Shown one piece after another: positions 60,910 to 64,000 of a stretch of 64,000 nucleotides of DNA. How positions within the stretch are numbered: position 1 is the stretch's first letter; each line of letters opens with the position of its first letter. The notes beneath the pieces were generated by a model. That model searched no databases and was not told the DNA's origin. It saw nothing but the letters and a program-made list of their open reading frames with translations. Source of the stretch: Coleofasciculus chthonoplastes F2-STO-03 (GTDB lineage Bacteria; Cyanobacteriota; Cyanobacteriia; Cyanobacteriales; Coleofasciculaceae); the NCBI GenBank assembly GCA_040222015.1, contig JAVJWO010000153.1:1-64000 (forward strand), read 5' to 3'. The position numbers and the translations under genes were made by a program.

Positions 60910-61482
60910 ATGGATTGGATGGTCAAGTCGGGCAAAATTTCTTTGATGAGTCTCGCTAGTATGATATTCATGCTGACGGCTTGCACAGGCGTCAGTAATC
61001 GCCCAGAAACGACAGTTACAGCCGCTAAGCCTTCACCTGATGAAACGATTTCCTCATCGACTGAGCCAGCCCCCGATTCTCCAGGTAACTCGACTCCCCA
61101 GCAAAATTTTTCATCGGCTCAGACTCCGGCGGCTAACCGGGAAGATTATCGTTCCATTGATCTATCCCAACAAGCAGATAGGATGAGTTTAACCGGTAGC
61201 AATCCAAACGCGATCGCACTCTCGGCGTTTGGCAATACTGAGTCGAACACGGATTCAGCCACCGTGGATGTCTCCTATCCTCAACCGGATCAGGCAATTG
61301 TGATTCTGACTCAAACTGGATTAAAGGATGATTCTGTGCAAGATATCCGATATCGCGTTGAGTTTCAGAAAAATCCCTCTGCTCAAGCTAATGAACAATG
61401 GCAGATGATTTGGGCAGGATCTCAGTTCAAATGTTACCCTGGGCGCGGTCATCAAGACTGGGCACCTGAACTTTGTTTGTGA
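60910..61482 (+). CDS. Putative lipoprotein
   Basis: Lipobox LTAC; Pro/Ser linker; GLKDDSV..IRYRVEF...C.PGRGHQDW....C domain. Confidence 0.8.
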   Translation: MDWMVKSGKISLMSLASMIFMLTACTGVSNRPETTVTAAKPSPDETISSSTEPAPDSPGNSTPQQNFSSAQTPAANREDYRSIDLSQQADRMSLTGSNPNAIALSAFGNTESNTDSATVDVSYPQPDQAIVILTQTGLKDDSVQDIRYRVEFQKNPSAQANEQWQMIWAGSQFKCYPGRGHQDWAPELCL

Positions 61483-61527
61483 GCGGGTTTTCTGGGCGCA
61501 CGTCGGTGCGCCCCTGCAGTAGACAAA

Positions 61528-62064
61528 TTATCGACATCCTAATGATTCGCGAGTCTCTACCCCCGTTTTCGAGTTAACGCCACTGGCTTTAGTGCAGAGA
61601 TTTTGGACTTGTAAGCGATCTAAAACAGCATCGCTGAAATCAGCACCGGTGATATTAACATCATCCAAGCGAGAACCTAATAAAATTGCTTCCACTAAAA
61701 CGGCATCACTCAAATCCGCCCCTTTGAAGTTAACTTTATAAGCAATGCTGTATGAAAAATCTGCACCCTGTAGATTAGCGTCAGTCATCGTGGAATCACT
61801 AATTACCACACTGCGTAAATCGGTATTGTTTAAATTGGTTTGGGTTAGATTCATATTAGATATCTCCAGTTCAGCTAAATTTTGACCGGAGAAATCCATG
61901 GCACTTAGATCAGATACACCGTCATTAATAAGCTGTCTGGCAGAGGAATTAGCAGCTTGGGCAGATAGGGGAACTAAAACCAAAACCAACGCCAGAATTA
62001 GAGCAGCGAGTCCTTGAATAGACTTAATAATACTTACTTTCATTACCACGGTTGCCGAAAACAT
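61528..62064 (-). CDS. Pentapeptide repeat protein
   Basis: Signal peptide; pentapeptide repeats; ITGADFSDA...LC..ASGVN..TGVETRESLGC; start may be ATG 62043. Confidence 0.92.
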   Translation of the reverse strand: MFSATVVMKVSIIKSIQGLAALILALVLVLVPLSAQAANSSARQLINDGVSDLSAMDFSGQNLAELEISNMNLTQTNLNNTDLRSVVISDSTMTDANLQGADFSYSIAYKVNFKGADLSDAVLVEAILLGSRLDDVNITGADFSDAVLDRLQVQNLCTKASGVNSKTGVETRESLGCR

Positions 62065-62079
62065 CTTTTCTGGTGTAGC

Positions 62080-63807
62080 TTACGCCAAATCTTGACCACA
62101 TCGGTATAACTGATAAGGAATACCAATCCGGTAATGTTGACTCGGATCAAGGATACAGCTTTTTTGGTTCGCGATCGCAAGATGTTGGGGATAGTCTCGC
62201 CGCTTCAAACCGGGAGCGATTACCCAGAGATTCAATTGAGACACGGAGGGTATAGCTAATTTGGATAACTGCTGCCAGACTTGATCATATCCCTGTTGGC
62301 GACTTAAAAATGCGATCGCGCGATCGCTCTCCTGACTACCAACCTCTGGTAAATTCTCTAATGCCAAGGCAAAGCTCAACCCTAATCCGATATCCTGAAG
62401 ATCGTCATATCCCATCACCATCATCAGGGGAACAGTGGGTTCAATTGTCATATTCTCTGCCACCTGCTGAGGATAATAGGGTTTGAGAAACACCAAATTA
62501 GCCACGACACAAACCGTACTCACGACAGAGATAGCCAACGTTAAGACGATTGCCCATCTCCCCTGCATCCCGACACCCCGGCGCCCAGACGCGCCATGAG
62601 ACGCGCCATGAGACGCGCCATGGCGCGTCTCTACATTTACGGTTAAACTCGCTGCCAATAGCGCACAAATCGCTGGATAATAAACAAAGTTATAACGGGG
62701 AACAACAGAGATATCCTTACCGAGCAGGTAAATAATTGCCAAAAATTGCAGCAATACAGCCAAAGTAAACCCTAATAGAGTAAACGTCGCTAACTGGGTT
62801 GCAGGCTTCTGTAGCAATCGCTTAACTCCCACGCCTCCTTGCCAAATAATCCACCCCCCCAACCCCAGCGTTAATCCTCCCATGGGTATCACAATCCACC
62901 AGGGTTGATTTTCCACGGGTAAGGCAATTACCATGAGTAACCAACCCACGAGTAATTGCAGCACAGGTGTAATACTATTCGGTGATGGTAGCCAATTGGT
63001 TTCTTGTCGCCCCATATCTGCCAAAAGCATACCCCACCACGGCAGATAGCTAACTGCCATTCCCGCCATTACCAGCGCCACAGCACTCCAACTCCCACTC
63101 GGTAAGCGCCGACGATACCAAATCATCCCGGAAATTAGGGTTAAAAATTGGGCAATGACAGCCAGAAGAAAAAAGTAGTGGACATAACAACCGATACTGT
63201 TCACCATACCCCAACCTAGCCATAGCCAAGGGGAAGGCAATTGCTGATCATAAAGACGCTGCTGAATCGGGATTAATGCCAAAAGTGCCAGAATAATCAG
63301 CAACATCGGCAACGTGTAGTGACGCGCTTCCTGAGACAAGTAAACCGCAAAAGGAGACACCGCCATTAACGCAGCGGCGATTAATCCCGCGATTGGCGAA
63401 AAGATGAGACGATTGAGAACGTAGATTGCCGCGATCGCACTAACTCCAATTAATGCTGGAAATGAACGCAACACCCACGCCAGCGGTTCGGTTCCCGTAA
63501 ACCTTAGCCACGAATGCATTAAGCAAAAGAATAAGGGGGGATGAGTCGATTCTTGGGCAAGGGTTTGGGCAATATCTCTACAGCTAGCCTCCGGTTGCAG
63601 AGTGAAGAGTTCTTGGAGGGTGGACAAAGAAAATACCACATCTAATGGTAAATCATTATACTCCCGTCCCAGACTAAAGAAAGCCGTGAGAACTTCATCC
63701 AGCCACAGAGGTTTTAAATCAAGATGCCAAAATCGGAGCAGGGTTCCCAGAAGAATGATTCCAGCAAGGGCGAAATAGTGATGAGTTAGTTTTTTGCGTA
63801 GGTTCAT
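62080..63807 (-). CDS. Glycosyltransferase family 39 / PMT-like membrane protein
   Basis: LRFWHLDLKPLWLDE; THPPLFF; SPFAVYLSQEARHY; polytopic. Confidence 0.88.
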   Translation of the reverse strand: MNLRKKLTHHYFALAGIILLGTLLRFWHLDLKPLWLDEVLTAFFSLGREYNDLPLDVVFSLSTLQELFTLQPEASCRDIAQTLAQESTHPPLFFCLMHSWLRFTGTEPLAWVLRSFPALIGVSAIAAIYVLNRLIFSPIAGLIAAALMAVSPFAVYLSQEARHYTLPMLLIILALLALIPIQQRLYDQQLPSPWLWLGWGMVNSIGCYVHYFFLLAVIAQFLTLISGMIWYRRRLPSGSWSAVALVMAGMAVSYLPWWGMLLADMGRQETNWLPSPNSITPVLQLLVGWLLMVIALPVENQPWWIVIPMGGLTLGLGGWIIWQGGVGVKRLLQKPATQLATFTLLGFTLAVLLQFLAIIYLLGKDISVVPRYNFVYYPAICALLAASLTVNVETRHGASHGASHGASGRRGVGMQGRWAIVLTLAISVVSTVCVVANLVFLKPYYPQQVAENMTIEPTVPLMMVMGYDDLQDIGLGLSFALALENLPEVGSQESDRAIAFLSRQQGYDQVWQQLSKLAIPSVSQLNLWVIAPGLKRRDYPQHLAIANQKSCILDPSQHYRIGIPYQLYRCGQDLA

Positions 63808-63919
63808 AGTTAGGATTTTCGCGCAAAAACCACTCTAGCGAGAATTGGGTTAATTTGAGCGATTGAAATCGCAGCTACACAAACAAAGTCCGCCTGCGCG
63901 GACTGGGTTATAAGTATTA

Positions 63920-64000
63920 GTAGCGAGCAAGATGCTCAATGTAGCGAGCAAGATGCTCAATGTAGCGAGCAAGATGCTCAATGTAGCGAGCAAGATGCTC
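63920..64000. repeat. 21-bp tandem repeat running off the window
   Basis: GTAGCGAGCAAGATGCTCAAT at 63920, 63941, 63962 and 63983 (last truncated). Confidence 0.9.

Noticed and set aside
63920..64000. CRISPR array
   Set aside because: Identical 21-bp units with no spacers

Overview
64 kb of a cyanobacterial chromosome, judged from frequent HIP1 GCGATCGC octamers, heptamer tandem repeats, pds-crtB and PEP-CTERM/SLH proteins; probably a filamentous form, but the genus is not determined. The left half (1-30.7 kb) is one minus-strand surface-glycan region. It holds a hep-like polysaccharide scaffold (GT4, wzc, hepC, hepA, GT4, GT2, wzy-like, hepB- and hepE-like). Slotted into it are five sulfotransferases, an exostosin-like GT, a 2OG-Fe(II) oxygenase and two FG-GAP/ASPIC proteins. 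Downstream lie two PEP-CTERM proteins (one with a CUB-like domain) and a double-malectin protein, and a shared 11-bp-spaced direct-repeat motif precedes several of these genes. The right half has galT, an Rpn nuclease, a TPR protein, pds-crtB, an AT-rich island encoding an ABC-type ATPase plus a frameshifted TOPRIM-like partner (candidate defence system), a divergent XRE pair with two palindromic operators, an antiporter, a tnpB remnant, an SLH protein, a degenerate REC-GGDEF, an adenylate cyclase, mnmE, Uma2, pdhC and a GT39 protein. Intergenic DNA is full of MITEs and GTAG-type palindromes. All calls come from motif reading only; no database searches were run.
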